Origin: Massalongia carnosa
Lineage: Eukaryota
NCBI GenBank assembly: GCA_965645245.1
Contig: OZ287068.1
Span: 1,860,001 to 1,924,000 of the forward strand
Direction: 5' to 3'
Length of the DNA stretch: 64,000 bases
This document shows positions 12,899 through 25,774 of the stretch, in pieces; position 1 is the first letter of the stretch; every line of letters begins with the position of its first letter. Below the pieces are notes generated by a model. The model saw only the letters and a list, made by a program, of their open reading frames with translations, was not told where the DNA came from and did no database searches. The translations under genes were made by a program, and so were the position numbers.

Positions 12899-14491
12899 TA
12901 TAGCCGACGGCGGATCACACACCTCTTTTCATGATCCAGCACGAAGCTCCAAGGACATTATTTCCGTCCATGAGAGATGGAGGTGGCCTCCTGCTGGCCG
13001 GTTGACACAAAGCTGTGAGAGGCTACCCGCTAGATCAAACGTGTGTGTCCTTTGGAGGGTGTTGATCGTAGGGGATAAGCAACCCTATCTATACATACTT
13101 ATGGCCCTTGGCCAAGCAGACCGAGCAAGAAAAAATATGTTGCCAGGGCATTTTCGGGACTCCCTCTCCGCGAACTTCAAGATCATATGCCCAAGGTCTC
13201 TTCATCACTAGAGCGTCGTTGGCATTAGACCAGCCATCCGGCTCTGGTTGGCGTTACATGCATCGTCATGTTTTCTCGCTTTTTTTTTGGCACCTATTAT
13301 CTCCAAGGGGGGAGCCCGTACCCTCAGCCCTCGCCAACGCATGCCGACAGCTCTTGGGGTAAGAGAGTTTTAGGATTATCTTCGTCATTGCACAAAGTAT
13401 CTGAATGATCCTGACCATGCATTAGCTCACAACCATCCGGTTTCTTTGCACAGACGCACAGACGCCCGCGATCTCTTCTTCGTCTCCCGGATTAGAGCAG
13501 TCCAACGCATGAAACCTGCCTTCATGATGATCTCAATTTTGGAAGTTATTTATCAATCCATCATATACCACATCCAGGGAGGATGGCTCAATCTCCCGCC
13601 CATGGGGCGGGAGAGCATATCTTACTGCGCAATTCGCCTTGAGGTCGCCGGCTACAACACTCCGTCCGTCCCGTTAGAGATCATCGCTTATCATGTGGTG
13701 CAGATGCTGGCGATTACAGAGCTGGGTTTCCGATCCACGTAAAATTACACGTGTAGTTTCATCATGAGGATTGTTGACCATGCTGCCTATACGGTCATGG
13801 CGACACAAACAAAAAGACAGTAACTTGATGTTGAAGGCTGCTTCGATCGTTTGAAGCTTTGCATTTTGGATACAGGGGCTTCAGTCCATTTACAAACGCC
13901 AAAGAAAAGCTTGTTTCATTAAGGAACGGGTGGAGGACAAGGAGACGCAGGACGATTTCGATACAGACGAAGTATCATGGCCACTCAGCTGCGCCGTGCC
14001 CCGCACGACCGTGTACCATATTTCTCTATCTCCACCGAAATGATCAAAAAGGCGAATTCCACAGCAAGAAATTTCCTGCAACGAAACGTACTGTATGAGA
14101 CGTCATTAGCGCTTTGGTGGTTATTTCTCACTCGTTAACTCGGAAGTAGTACTTAAGTTAGGGGGAAGAGCAAATCAAGCACAATGCGAGTCTTTACTTG
14201 TTTAGAAAGGGGTTATTTGACGGATTCCCTCTCCAGGTTTGGTGGCGGAGGCGGGGAGGTTCAGCGGAATCGGGAGCTGGGAGCATTATTCCGCTGCACA
14301 TAGCTCATCACGTGATAATTGGCAGGCATTACCCGATTATGCAGACAATCCGAATTCTCAACCACAGCCAATCACGTGTGCCCAAGTTCCCTACAATTAC
14401 ATCTACGTCAAGCACCATCCAAGCCTTGTACTAAACTCCCTTGGAACCGTTCGTGTGTCTTGTTGTTACGAACGAGTCGGCTTTCTCCAAC

Positions 14492-15423
14492 ATGTCCTTC
14501 AATCATCTGTCGGCATTAGAATCTCAGCCAACGCAGTATCGAGACGAGCCAGAAACTCAAGATGATGCCCAGTTCAACAAGTTCAGCGAGGAGCTCTCCA
14601 CCAAGGTGTGTCTCCCCGTTTCTGCCTGCTCCCTCATCTGACGGCCTTAGCTCTTCTCCCTCACCTCCAACATCGCACGGCTGTCGCAGCAGATCAGTCT
14701 GCTCGGAACGAAAAGAGACACGGACCGGGTTCGGGAACGAGTCCATGATCTGTTGGAAGAGGCACGCGACGGATTTCGAGAAGTTGGGGATGGCGTGAAA
14801 AGGCTGTCGACGTGGGAAGATCTCAATGTAGGCTGTTGGCTTTCGCGAAAGCCCACCGAAATGAGCTAACCATGGATCCAACAAAGGCTTCACAAAAGTA
14901 CACACAACAGAAACTCTCTCGCGAGTTCCAAGCATCAGGCACCGAGTTCCAGACCATCCAGCGCCTAGCCCTCGAAAAAGAACGAGCCACCACTTCCGCC
15001 GCCCGAACCGCTCTCGAAGCAAACGACCCGGGAAGCCTCCCCTATTCGGACAGTCCGTCGCAGCAACAGCAGCGCTCGCAGGTGCAGGACCAGGAGCAGG
15101 TACGGTTGGCATCCCAAGATGAAGTTGACTTCCAAGAGTCCCTGATCGTGGAGCGCGAATCCGAAATCCGCAACATCGAGCAATCGGTCGGCGAGCTCAA
15201 CGAGCTGTTCCGCGACGTGGCACACATCGTGCACGAGCAAGGCGGCCAGCTGGACACAATCCACGCGAACGTCGTCAACGTGGCGGGCGATACGCAGCAG
15301 GCCGACATCGAGCTGCGAAGCGCCAGCCGGTATCAGAAAAACGCCCGCGGGAAAGCGTGCTGCTTGTTGTTGGTGCTGGCGGTCGTTTTGGTTATAATCA
15401 TTCTTGCCGCTGTGCTCGGCTGA
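14492..15423 (+). CDS. PEP12: Endosomal/vacuolar syntaxin t-SNARE (Pep12/Vam3 family)
   Basis: MSFNHLSALESQPT start; 2 introns (~14607-14650, ~14828-14886); SNARE motif LIVERESEIRNIEQSVGELNELFRDVAHIVHEQGGQLDTI; C-terminal TM helix. Confidence 0.9.
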
Positions 15424-15633
15424 GAGTGGGAACCGGGCGTTGTCCTTTTTTGGGGCGGACATTTGTTCGCGGCGTCCAAGGAGTATTTGCGCATTAGCCC
15501 GAGTTCATCCCTCTCCGACCACATCCGTTATGTACAATGTACTCTATACGAACATAACCCATTTAAGCCCCCCCCCCTCCCTAAATCCGCCCCGTGCCAC
15601 CCTCATTCATCTTCCAACCCCATCCCACCCTTC

Positions 15634-16482
15634 CTACAGCCCCAGCCACCTCCCCACCCTCAACTTCCAGCCCGCCCAACTGTTCAACTTCGGCCTCACG
15701 TCCAAAAAAAAGCTCAACCCCCCCCCCCTCCCTCGATAAAAATCAATCACATACTCGACCGTCTCCCCCCCGCACCTCTCCACCACCCAATCGTGCCGAT
15801 CGAACGGCCGCTCGTACCCCAACCAGCCATACACCCGCGCCCTAGGCGTCAGCCGCGCGCTGTCCCCCTGGAAGCTCCGCAGCCGCGGGCCCCCGCACGC
15901 CGCGTTCGCCCGCCGCGCCGCCGGCGACCGCAGCTCCCACGCGCTCAGGATCTCCGCCCACGCGCGCTCGTTGACCGCGTTGTGGATCGGCACGATGCTG
16001 CTGACCGTCGTGGGCGACGTGGGCAGGTTTTTGCGCAGCAGCGCCGCGTGGAATTGACGCTCCGACGGGTAGATCCAGTTTTCGGGGGGGGGGGCGTTCG
16101 AGAGAGTGCTTGCGCTTGTGCTTGTAGCGGTATTGGTGGTGGTTGGGGAGGGGGCTGAGTGTTGGCTGTGGGAGGCTGGGAGGGTGAGGGTGCTGGTTGT
16201 TGGTGTTGGTGTTGGTGGTGGTGGTGGTTGTGAGGGGGATTGGGAGGAAAACGCGCGGGGGATGGAGCTGGTTTCGCGGTCGAAGGCTAGAGGACGATGT
16301 TTTATTAGGCGTGAGGGCGCTGGTTGCTCGGTGGGAGGTGAGAAGGGGTGATGATGATGATGAGGGGGGGCCCCTGCTGTTTCTTTGGCGCTTTCGAGCC
16401 AGGCGTCGCGAGCGGCGGGAGAAATGGGGCAGGAAGGAGGCGTCGAGTTGTCGTCGTCGGTAGTGGTGGTGGGGTTTGCCAT
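15634..16482 (-). CDS. CYT2: Holocytochrome c synthase, most likely cytochrome c1 heme lyase
   Basis: CP heme motif (SCPI), NWIYPSERQF, IVPIHNAVNERAW, PFDRHDWVVERC, YVIDFY, LDVRPKLNSW. Confidence 0.88.
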   Translation of the reverse strand: MANPTTTTDDDNSTPPSCPISPAARDAWLESAKETAGAPPHHHHHPFSPPTEQPAPSRLIKHRPLAFDRETSSIPRAFSSQSPSQPPPPPTPTPTTSTLTLPASHSQHSAPSPTTTNTATSTSASTLSNAPPPENWIYPSERQFHAALLRKNLPTSPTTVSSIVPIHNAVNERAWAEILSAWELRSPAARRANAACGGPRLRSFQGDSARLTPRARVYGWLGYERPFDRHDWVVERCGGETVEYVIDFYRGRGGGLSFFLDVRPKLNSWAGWKLRVGRWLGL

Positions 16483-16492
16483 TGTCGTTCTT

Positions 16493-16529
<37 letters not shown>
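16493..16529. repeat. (GTT)n microsatellite, ~12 units, immediately upstream of the CYT2 start codon
   Basis: Seen directly in the sequence. Confidence 0.95.
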
Positions 16530-16733
16530 CATCCTCGTTGATGATGAAGAAGGATTTGGGATGGATTTAAGGCGTTAAGGTATTTGAATCGGGAAAGCGC
16601 CGAGGTTCCGCTGCACTTGTGCTCTTTTCTCTCAGCTCGGCTCGGTCGCCGACGTAGTACAGAGGAATGGGGTTTCCATAAAGACAACTCGATTCTGCAA
16701 GCAATTCCTCAAGTCATTGACTCTATCGCAACC

Positions 16734-18059
16734 ATGGCCGACACAAAGATATACCGCGCCAGCACTACCGCGCCCGTAAACATTGCCGTCATCAAGTACC
16801 GCTCCTCCCCTCCTTCCCCTCCCCTCATTTCCACCCCTCCAAAACTAAACCCCCACCACAGATACTGGGGAAAGCGCGACGCAACACTAAATCTCCCCAC
16901 TAACTCCTCCCTCTCCGTCACGCTCTCGCAATCCGATCTCCGCACGCACACCACAGCCTCCTGCTCCGCCAGCTACCCCCCCGGCGACAGCCTCCTCCTT
17001 AACGGCCAACCCCAACCGCTCACCACCCCCCGCTCCCTCGCCTGCCTCTCCTCCCTCCGCGCCCTCCGCACCGCCCTCGAAGCCGCCGACCCCGCCCTCC
17101 CCAAACTCTCCACCTACCCCCTCCGCCTCGTCTCGACCAACAACTTCCCCACCGCAGCCGGGCTCGCCTCCTCCGCCGCCGGCTTCGCCGCCCTCGTCCG
17201 CGCCATCGCCAACCTCTACGCCCTCCCGCACTCACCCACCGAGCTGTCGCTCATCGCGCGGCAAGGCTCCGGTTCCGCCTGCCGCAGCCTCCTCGGCGGT
17301 TACGTGGCCTGGGACCGCGGCTCCCGCGCCGACGGCACCGACAGCATCGCCCGCCTCGTCGCCCCCCGCGCCCATTGGCCCGACATGCGCGCCATGATTC
17401 TCGTCGTCAGCGCCGCGCGCAAATCTATCAGCAGCTCCGCCGGCATGCAAGCCACCGTGCATACCTCCCCGCTATTCCAGACGCGCCACGCTACGGTCGT
17501 GCCCGCGCGCATGGCCACCATGGAGGCCGCAATCGCCGCGCGCAACTTCAGCGTCTTCGCCCACCTCACCATGCGCGACAGCAACAGTTTTCACGCCACC
17601 TGCTTGGACACCGACCCGCCCATCTTCTACCTCAACGACGTCAGTCGCGCGGCGATCCGCGCAGTGGAGACGCTGAATGTCTACGCGGGCAGGTGCGTTG
17701 CAGCGTACACGTTCGACGCGGGGCCGAACGCGGTGGTGTATTTTCTAGAGGGGGAGAGGACGCTGGTGATGGGTTGGTTTCGGACCGTGTTGGCGGAGAA
17801 GGAGGGGTGGGTGGAGGGGGAGGCGGAGGGGGAGGGTTTGAGGGAGACGGGGGAGGAAACCTTTGGGAAAAGAGAGCAGCGGGAGTGGGAAGGGGATAGT
17901 AAAGTGGGTAAAAAAGGGGAAGACGACAGCAACCTTCTCATCCTGCGAGAAGGTGTCAGCCGCGTGATCCTAACTAGCGTCGGCGAGGGGCCTATCAGCG
18001 TTGATGAGCATCTGATTGACGAGCAGGGGAACCCGGTCGATGATGCTGGTGGTAGGTAG
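16734..18059 (+). CDS. MVD1: Diphosphomevalonate decarboxylase
   Basis: TAPVNIAVIK|YWGKRD (intron 16796-16861), NNFPTAAGLASSAAGFAAL, ARQGSGSACRS, DSNSFHATCLDT, AYTFDAGPNAV. Confidence 0.97.
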   Translation: MADTKIYRASTTAPVNIAVIKYRSSPPSPPLISTPPKLNPHHRYWGKRDATLNLPTNSSLSVTLSQSDLRTHTTASCSASYPPGDSLLLNGQPQPLTTPRSLACLSSLRALRTALEAADPALPKLSTYPLRLVSTNNFPTAAGLASSAAGFAALVRAIANLYALPHSPTELSLIARQGSGSACRSLLGGYVAWDRGSRADGTDSIARLVAPRAHWPDMRAMILVVSAARKSISSSAGMQATVHTSPLFQTRHATVVPARMATMEAAIAARNFSVFAHLTMRDSNSFHATCLDTDPPIFYLNDVSRAAIRAVETLNVYAGRCVAAYTFDAGPNAVVYFLEGERTLVMGWFRTVLAEKEGWVEGEAEGEGLRETGEETFGKREQREWEGDSKVGKKGEDDSNLLILREGVSRVILTSVGEGPISVDEHLIDEQGNPVDDAGGR

Positions 18060-18331
18060 GGATGTAGGTACTCGGGGAGTGGACTTGTCATGGTCCCTGA
18101 GACTGGCCCGGATAGGTACTCGTTCGTATCATTCGTTCAGAGTCAATCAATCAATCGCTTCACCAGAGTTCGTCCGTCCCGTCCGCCCGTCCGTCCTGCC
18201 TTCACTTGCTAACCTGAAAAATATAATGAAAATAACAATACAGTGACAACATCTCCTTTTTTTAAAGGAAAAAATTTCCCAAACCCAGAGCTACCTATCT
18301 AGGTATATAGTTTCGGTACCTACTTACTCGG

Positions 18332-21300
18332 TTAGAGCAGCGAGAGGGTTTCGAAGCCTTTCACCACTGGCGCCTCCATCGTATTTTCGCCCGTGATGCT
18401 ATCCCACAACACGCCACCTGCCCCTTTCGGCCGCTCCGTCTCCCTCCCCTTCCCTTCTTCCCCTTCCACACCCGTCACCCCTTCTCTCTTCTCAAAAACC
18501 TCCCCCACAGCCCCCCGACAAAGCTCCACAACGTCCACCATCGCGCTCTCCACCGCCCGCGCCCGTTCTCGCATCCCTCTCCTCGTCAGTCCAACGACCA
18601 ATCGCGCCACCTCATCCCCGGAGGAGTTAACTCGCTCAATCAGCCGGCCGACGCTGCGCACGAGATACTCCTCCTCGTACACGCTACCCTTTTTCCCGCG
18701 CGCGCGCTTGCGCTCCTCGCGGCGGCGGTTCTTGGACGTTTGCCGTGTGGCCCCCGTGCTCGCCGTGCTGACCGTACGGTTTGTGTATCGTGTGAATAGC
18801 GAATTTCCTCCCGTTGTAGAGGCGTCGGTGGGAGCAAGGGAGATGTTATCGGGGATGTCGGGCGTGGCGGGGTCGCCGTCGAAAAAGGCGAGTGGGTCGT
18901 CGGCTTTTTTATGGCGCAGATTGCGGATGCGTGGGACTTGGGCGGCCAGTTGGGCCTTGCAGTCGGCTAGGAGTTCGGTCGTGGAGGCCATGGCGTCGAC
19001 CAGGCCGGGGTCAATTACGGAATCGAGAAGGTCGGGCCGTTGGTGCAGGGTGATGGTGCGGAGGGCGTCGGCAACGAAGTAGCCTTTGCAGAAGAGGCGA
19101 GTGGCGGTAGGAATGTCTTGGAGGTAGTCGAGCTGGATGGTTGCAGCGGAGAAAAAGTCTTTGGATTCGGCACATTCGTCGGCGAGGCTTTGAGCGAGGG
19201 ATTGGAGTTGAATTTTAGGAAGTGAGATCAGGGTTGCGCAGGTGAGTGATTCTCGCCAGAGATGGGCCAGGTGGTAGGATTCGCTGGCGGAGGCATATTC
19301 ACGGAGATAATCGTACGCTGTCAATGGTGAGATTGACCAAATGGTAGAGGCTACCGGGGGGCTTACCTATGCCAGCTTCTTTGAATTTGGAGTTCTGTTG
19401 CAGATGATCGGCGTACAAGCGCATGATTTGTGCTAGCTGGTCTTCCTGGTATCTGTATAACTCCATCGCGTCAGTATAGAGGCCATGTTTCAGGATGTAA
19501 GCCTTGGTATCCTCGAAAACATTCAACTCTCGAAGATGCTGCAAGGCTTTCTCATAACGTCGTAGATGATTATCAATTGAATACCGGCGGCGGAGCAACG
19601 GCATTTCCTGGAGATTTTGAAGGAAAGGAAGGTATTCTCGAGGGTCCTACAGAGGAATGTCAGTCCACGTAATGTTACCCTTGACTTGCATATGGGTACT
19701 TTTTGGGACTGCTGCGCAACCAACAGAGTTAATTCGAGGTCGTAAAGTCCAAGAGCATTGTCATATAGCCGGTTGACATCAGCAAGAAAGCAGATATGCT
19801 CGATTGCTCCATCGATCAGTTCAGGATTCCGGGCTGCGCTCTGTCAGCTTCTGGATCAATACTTGCGCCTTGATATCCTACATCTCATTTTAGAAATCTC
19901 GGTCAAACCGGCGTCCAAGTCTGGTGGAACTTTACAAACGTGGGCCGTAATGATGTTTTGAAATTGGGCAGGACCTTGCTCATAAAGAATCTTGAGTATA
20001 GCGTTGCAGATGCTGTTTACTTTGGAAAATTCGCGATCAGTCGAAGGGAGAGTTACAGCTTCGGATTCGATTTTCTTTTTCTTTGGAGGTCCTGCCTCTA
20101 ATGTTTGTTTGTACATGGTTATCGACACATCTTCTTCTCTGTGGTAGTCAATATATGGGTAAGAAATGACAAGGAGAGACGCACCTGAGTTGGGACATGA
20201 ATAGATCAATATGCTCGACTTTCTCTATTTGATCTACAAACAGCTCGATATTCTCAATAAACTCTTTTGGATCATGATCATGTAAGATATTCATGTCTAC
20301 CCTATGACTCCTACAACTAAGGAAAGCCTTTTTATATCGTTTCTCATCAATATTTTGCCGAATTCCAACCAACACCAGAGCTCGGGGGTATATCGTCTCA
20401 AGATTCCCTCGAGGCATTTGCATAACCAAAGCAAATATTGATGGCATAACCGTGACAAGTTTGGCTCCACGCTCTATACTGCGACAACGTTCGTCTAATT
20501 CAGGAGTATCCGGTGGCACTTCGATATCTAGCGGAGTCGTCAACATTGCAACCTTTAAAGCATCAGATGCCTTACCATCAACTCCAACCATATGCACAAA
20601 TTTCAAGAGATGCTGGCCAGTGGTGAAAATCAGATGTGCTGGCGTGACTAGAAAGGATGTACAGTTTCGAGCAAGCACTCTTTCATTCGCAAAGAGCACT
20701 CCGTTATCAGAAAGCCCAAACATAACGCGCTTCAGATCCTGGAGGTCTCCATTCGGTAAATCGCTCTTATTCTGCGTTGACTTACTTGGAAGGCTTATAA
20801 CCTCCACCCTTGGTGAGGAATTTGGAGAGAGACCTAGCCTCTGTACTACCTCAAGGCTATTGGCAGGTTGGGCCAGATCGCTGGCAGAGATCACCAAAGT
20901 ACCCTTGAGCAACAGAATTGTCTCCAGCCTTACATTAGCTTGTTGTGCGACCAGTCCTCGAAACCCGTCATTAGCAAATTGTAGAGTCTTCCTTGTACGG
21001 CCAGTCTCGAGATCTAAAATTTGGACTTCAGATCCATTCACGTTATTTAAAAGCAGTGCTAGGGCATTTCCTCCACAGAATGCAACTTGTTGTTGCAAAT
21101 AACTTGACGGACTCTCGAACGATGTTTTTGAGCACCATTTCAAAAATGGAGTTGCTGGCGCGTTTGTGAAATCCCACTCCCAGAGCGAAACACTTTCATG
21201 ATGTAGAACGCCAATAAAAACACGAGGTTTGCTCGTTCGAATCACTTCGACGGCAACATCAACAGCGTTACTGCTTAAAGCTAGTTCGTGAAGAGATAAA

Positions 21301-22681
21301 GGGGGCGGGATGTTGGTAAGTCTCATAGGGGTGAGCTTTAAGTTTCCTATCTTACTTTAGAGACCAGCTCCTTGATCGATAGAAAAGTACTTACTGCCAT
21401 CAATCACTACTAAAATCCCAAGATCATCCGGTGGGGTATGAGGGCCACCGGTAACAACGGGATTGTATTCAAGTCGTTGAATTCCACCTTCGGAACATTT
21501 AGCAATAAAGCTGTCAAATCCGAAGGAATCTTCTCACCTTCGGAGCCAAAAATGAACCTCATTGGCCTTTCTGCATGCCAAGTTAATGATAGAGCATTTC
21601 TGCTCAGGGCCGGAGTCAACGAGAATATTTCTTGTTTTAGGTAATAATGATAGTTCCCCATAGTCCACAGCTGTACTCTATCTTCGAAGCATATAGCCAA
21701 GACCGAAGAGTCCACATTCCAATTGAGGGCGATATCACTAGCCCAGCCCAGCGTTTCGTCCTCTGTGAGTCTTAAAGGGAATTGGCCATGTCGTAGACCA
21801 TTTCTTTCAAAGAAAACGACATTCACGCAGTCCTTGGCTCGCTGAATACCAGCTATCAGATTCCCCATAGGTCTCCAGCTCAATGCACCGACCAGGCCAT
21901 CAACAGGTTCACTGACGCCATCCAACGCCCCCTCCCGTGAGAATACTCGGATGACTCGGCGAGACCCTGGTTCGATGCAGTTCACGGCAACGTAAGCGCC
22001 ATCTCCACGCCAGCTGATCGTTGTGTCTTTTCTGTCCGGTTCATGAATAGTACCCTCATCGACCGTTTCCGGCATGGTTGGATCTCTAAGGAGCCTCGAT
22101 CGCTTGCCCTTGAATTGTGTTTCGGCCTTTCCCCAGCCCACGGACACATGCTTGGATGCCTTGAGATCATCGGAAGAGAAGGTAATGTCTGTAACATTTT
22201 CAAAGTCTCTTGTCATATATAGAAATGTCCTTGCCCTTGTAGTAATTGCCAATAGCTCCTCATCTGGAGACCAACTTGCTGCAGAAATACCTGCATCAAC
22301 TGAGCCAACAATCTCAATTCTGTCCTCCTCAGGTCGAGGATCTTCCCGTACAATCACAATATCTCCTCCAGCAAGAACCAGGCATACTGTTGATATATCG
22401 GAAAAGAAATGAAGATCCAGTATTTCATCACAATCGATGTCTGGTTTCGGACATGGTGCATCCCATGAAGCAATATGCTTCAATGTATCGTCAGTAGTTG
22501 AGCCTGGACTTGTGACTTCGTTTGGATTGCTCCATCTCTTAAGCTCAAGGAGCGCCTGATCTTTCGAAGGTCCGTAAGCGCATATCACGCTGTTTGTCTC
22601 AACATCCCAAGTAGCCGCTGTCAATTGAAATCCTGGTGGGCTTTCGAGCAAAGAACGATGAACATTCTTTAAGTTGCGCAT
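18332..22681 (-). CDS. ELP1: Elongator complex subunit 1 (IKI3/ELP1), multi-exon
   Basis: MRNLKN start, SVGWGKAETQFKGK, ISWRGDG, FFERNGLRHGQF, MQMPRGNLETIYPRALV, KNRRREERKRARGKKGSVYEEEYLV. Confidence 0.97.
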
Positions 22682-23045
22682 GCTGAGTGGGAACTGTTCT
22701 TTGCATGCTGATATTCTGCAATATTAGACCAACCTTGATATAGATATGGAGAGCAATAAAAATCTTATCCCTCCAGTTTCATTAGCAAAGTGATCAATGC
22801 TAAAATACTTATCAAATGTCTTTGAATGTATTACACAAATGTAGGGATTCTCTCGCTTTACATGTTATTAATGTATCACCACAAAAATTTCGGCTTTATG
22901 ATTCCGTTGTTGTAGGATAAAGTTTTTATTCGATGGTAAATATATACATGTGCCTTAGTCTCCTGGCTACCCTGCGCAGTCCTATCACATCAAGAGCCTC
23001 CTAACTCACAAATCCCAAGACCTTTCGCCAATCTCCGAAAGCCAT

Positions 23046-23384
23046 TCATTTATTTTTCTTCGTTTGCCATACTTTGGAGATGTTAGATGCCACCATTCGT
23101 TGAGTAAGAGCTTACACATACCCGCAATACCGAACGGAAGTCCAAAAAAGAAAGCTATCATGGGGGTGAGCAATACACTGGCGGGCACTAGGCCTCAGGG
23201 ACTTACCCATTGTGGTCCAGTACCGGAAACCAAAGAATCTTGTCAAAGGGTTGAATGGGAGGTTACTTCGAGGACCCTCGGGGTAATGATATGGGCTCGA
23301 AAGGCGGGTGGGTGTAGAATGGAAGCCGCGTCTGGCAATCAACATTGGCACTACCGCTGTTCGGATTGCCGTTCGTGAAAGCAT
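23046..23384 (-). CDS. COX8: Cytochrome c oxidase subunit VIIc (fungal Cox8)
   Basis: Arg-rich presequence, then HYPEGPRSNLPF; exon 2 AFFFGLPFGIA; exon 3 VWQTKKNK*. An intron acceptor lies directly before the ATG (5' UTR intron). Confidence 0.88.
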
Positions 23385-23656
23385 CTGAATTGTTAGTAGA
23401 TCTAGAAATGGAAGATTTGAACCTTGACGTACGTTGATGATAGTCGATAGGACTTTGATGAACTGAATGCTCCTAAAAGTGGATGACTTAATGCTTCTCC
23501 CGTACTAAAGCCGTGTAAGGTTAGCGGCGGAATAATACGGGACTGGTAGTTATTCCGTTCCGCTCCGCACAACAGACGGGTATTTATAAGTTTTAGTGTT
23601 GCGAGAGATCTTCAAATTGTATCAATTGAGTTCTCACAAGCTTTATTAATGTCATC

Positions 23657-24754
23657 ATGGCCACTCGCTGCCCTTTAACCTCTATCGTTCCACGGCTCGT
23701 ATGCCCCAGAACTTTCCCTCGAACTCCCTCAAGACCTTACGCGCCCCTCTACAAACCTCCTAACCAGTATCGTAAAAGCACCACTTCTTCTACCTCCGCT
23801 CTCGCATATAAAGCCCTTCACCGGCGTATCTCCCCCCTACCAACCTCCGACTCCCTTCCTTCTTGGTCCGCCCCCGCAGCCGTCTCATCCATCCTCTATG
23901 AAACGCCCCTCCCCTCCGCCACACCCCCAAAACGGCGAATCCTCAATTGCTTGGTCCAGAATGAGCCTGGAGTTCTCTCCCGTGTTTCTGGTATTCTGGC
24001 TGCTCGAGGCTTCAATATTGATAGTCTCGTCGTCTGCAACACCGAGGTTGATGACCTTTCCCGCATGACCATCGTTCTGTCCGGGCAAGACGGCGTCGTG
24101 GAGCAAGCGCGGCGCCAGCTGGAAGATCTGGTGCCCGTGTGGGCCGTGCTGGATTATACAGCCGCTCCGCTCGTACAGCGGGAGCTCCTACTCGCCAAGA
24201 TCTCCCTCCTGGGCCCGGAGCATTTTGAAGAGGTGCTGTCGCATCATCGGGAAATGACCGCGGCGGATGCATCCAAGTTTGAGGAGTCCAGAGCGAGATT
24301 TGAGCAGGAAACAGGGGCGCAGGAGACGGAGACCCGGGGGGATTATCATCCCAGCCGGCTGGCAGCTAGTCAGGCACTGCGGCACAAGCATGAGCACTTA
24401 GAAGCCATTACCCACCTAACGCATCAATTCGGCGGTAAGGTCCTGGACATTAGCACCAATAACTGCGTTGTAGAATTGTAAAATCGCCCCTTTCCCATCT
24501 CTTCTCTTCCCCATCCCTACTTCCCCGTTCCTTTCCTTACCACTGACTCACTAACGACTCCCCTCCGTCCACCCAGATCCGCTAAACCCTCCCGCATCGA
24601 CTCTTTCCTGCGCCTCATTTCCGACTTCGGCATCCTCGAATCCGCCCGCACGGGTTTAATGGCGCTACCGCGCTCTCCCCTTCACCACATAAGTAAGGAG
24701 GTCGAAAAGGATGCGTCGGATCTCGTGGACGTGAGCGCGCTGCCTCCAGGATGA
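23657..24754 (+). CDS. ILV6: Acetolactate synthase small regulatory subunit
   Basis: ACT domain LNCLVQNEPGVLSRVSGILAARGFNIDSLVVC. Intron ~24478-24576. Last exon SAKPSRIDSF...ARTGLMALPRSP...SALPPG*. Confidence 0.97.
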
Positions 24755-25044
24755 AAAGGTCGGATAGATTGGCACTCCGGAATGAGTGACTTATATAAAT
24801 CTTCGTTTTGCCTGCAAAAGGCGCGGCGTTTAGAGATTCAAGGTAGACCCGACTGTTTGGAAACCAATGTATCTAGAAGACGTAAAAAGATAAGCGCTGG
24901 AACCAATTTCACATTCATGTACGCTTACACATCCTAACCCTTGTTCCCTCTCAAACCGATGAACCCCCTCAAAACATATATACCCCCTCCCCCCCTTTGC
25001 CTCGATCGACCCAAACCCAAACCCTAAACACAACTCCCCTTATC

Positions 25045-25743
25045 CTAAAACCATCTAATCCTCGCCCCTACCCCCCTCCCCTCGAACCAAAGCCCTCCCT
25101 CCCACTTCCCCAGCCTTACCCCCACTTCCGCCCACGCATCAACCCTCAACCGGCCTCCCAACGCGCGCTTGACCGTGTCGTACCCGACCTCGCCCAGGCT
25201 CCAGTCGACGGGGAAATGAGGGCTGATGGAGACCCCCGGCGGGACGGTAAAAGGCGGGGAGAGGTGCAGGATGGAGGCGAGGGGGGTGGCGTTATAGGTG
25301 GCGGTGGCGTTGAGGCAGGTGATGGTGATGGGAGAGGGAAGGGGGGAGAGGAGTGTTATGGTGGCGGTCGAGGTGAGGAGGTGCAGCTGGTTGTTGGTTA
25401 GTTTGGGAGGGTTTGTTTGTTTTTGTTTGTTTTTTTGCCGGGGGAGACCGGGACCTGGAAAGGGTGGAGAGATGGGTGGGGGAGGAGATAATGGGGAAGG
25501 AAAACTTACAGTGGCGTCATCGATAAAATGCGGCCTTTCCGGATCTGGATCCCGGTCGTCGGGGTCATGGAAGGGGTTTTTCGGTATGGCGAGGTGCGGA
25601 GTCGGGATTCGGATCGATAGGGCGGAAAGGGCGGCACCGAGACGGGGGCGGGTAGGTATGCTATTGGCGTGGGTGCGGAAGGTGAGGGTTGTGTTGTAGC
25701 CTAGGTGGTTCAAAGGAGCCCGGGGGAGGGGTTGCTCGTTAGA

Positions 25744-25774
<31 letters not shown>

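Noticed and set aside
12900..14200. Possible gene relic between the Fot1 element and PEP12
   Set aside because: Only short ORFs with no recognisable domain; cannot be supported without a homology search.
16584..16733. N-terminal extension of MVD1 in the ORF track
   Set aside because: Starts at TTG; homology begins at ATG 16734 (MADTKIYRAS).
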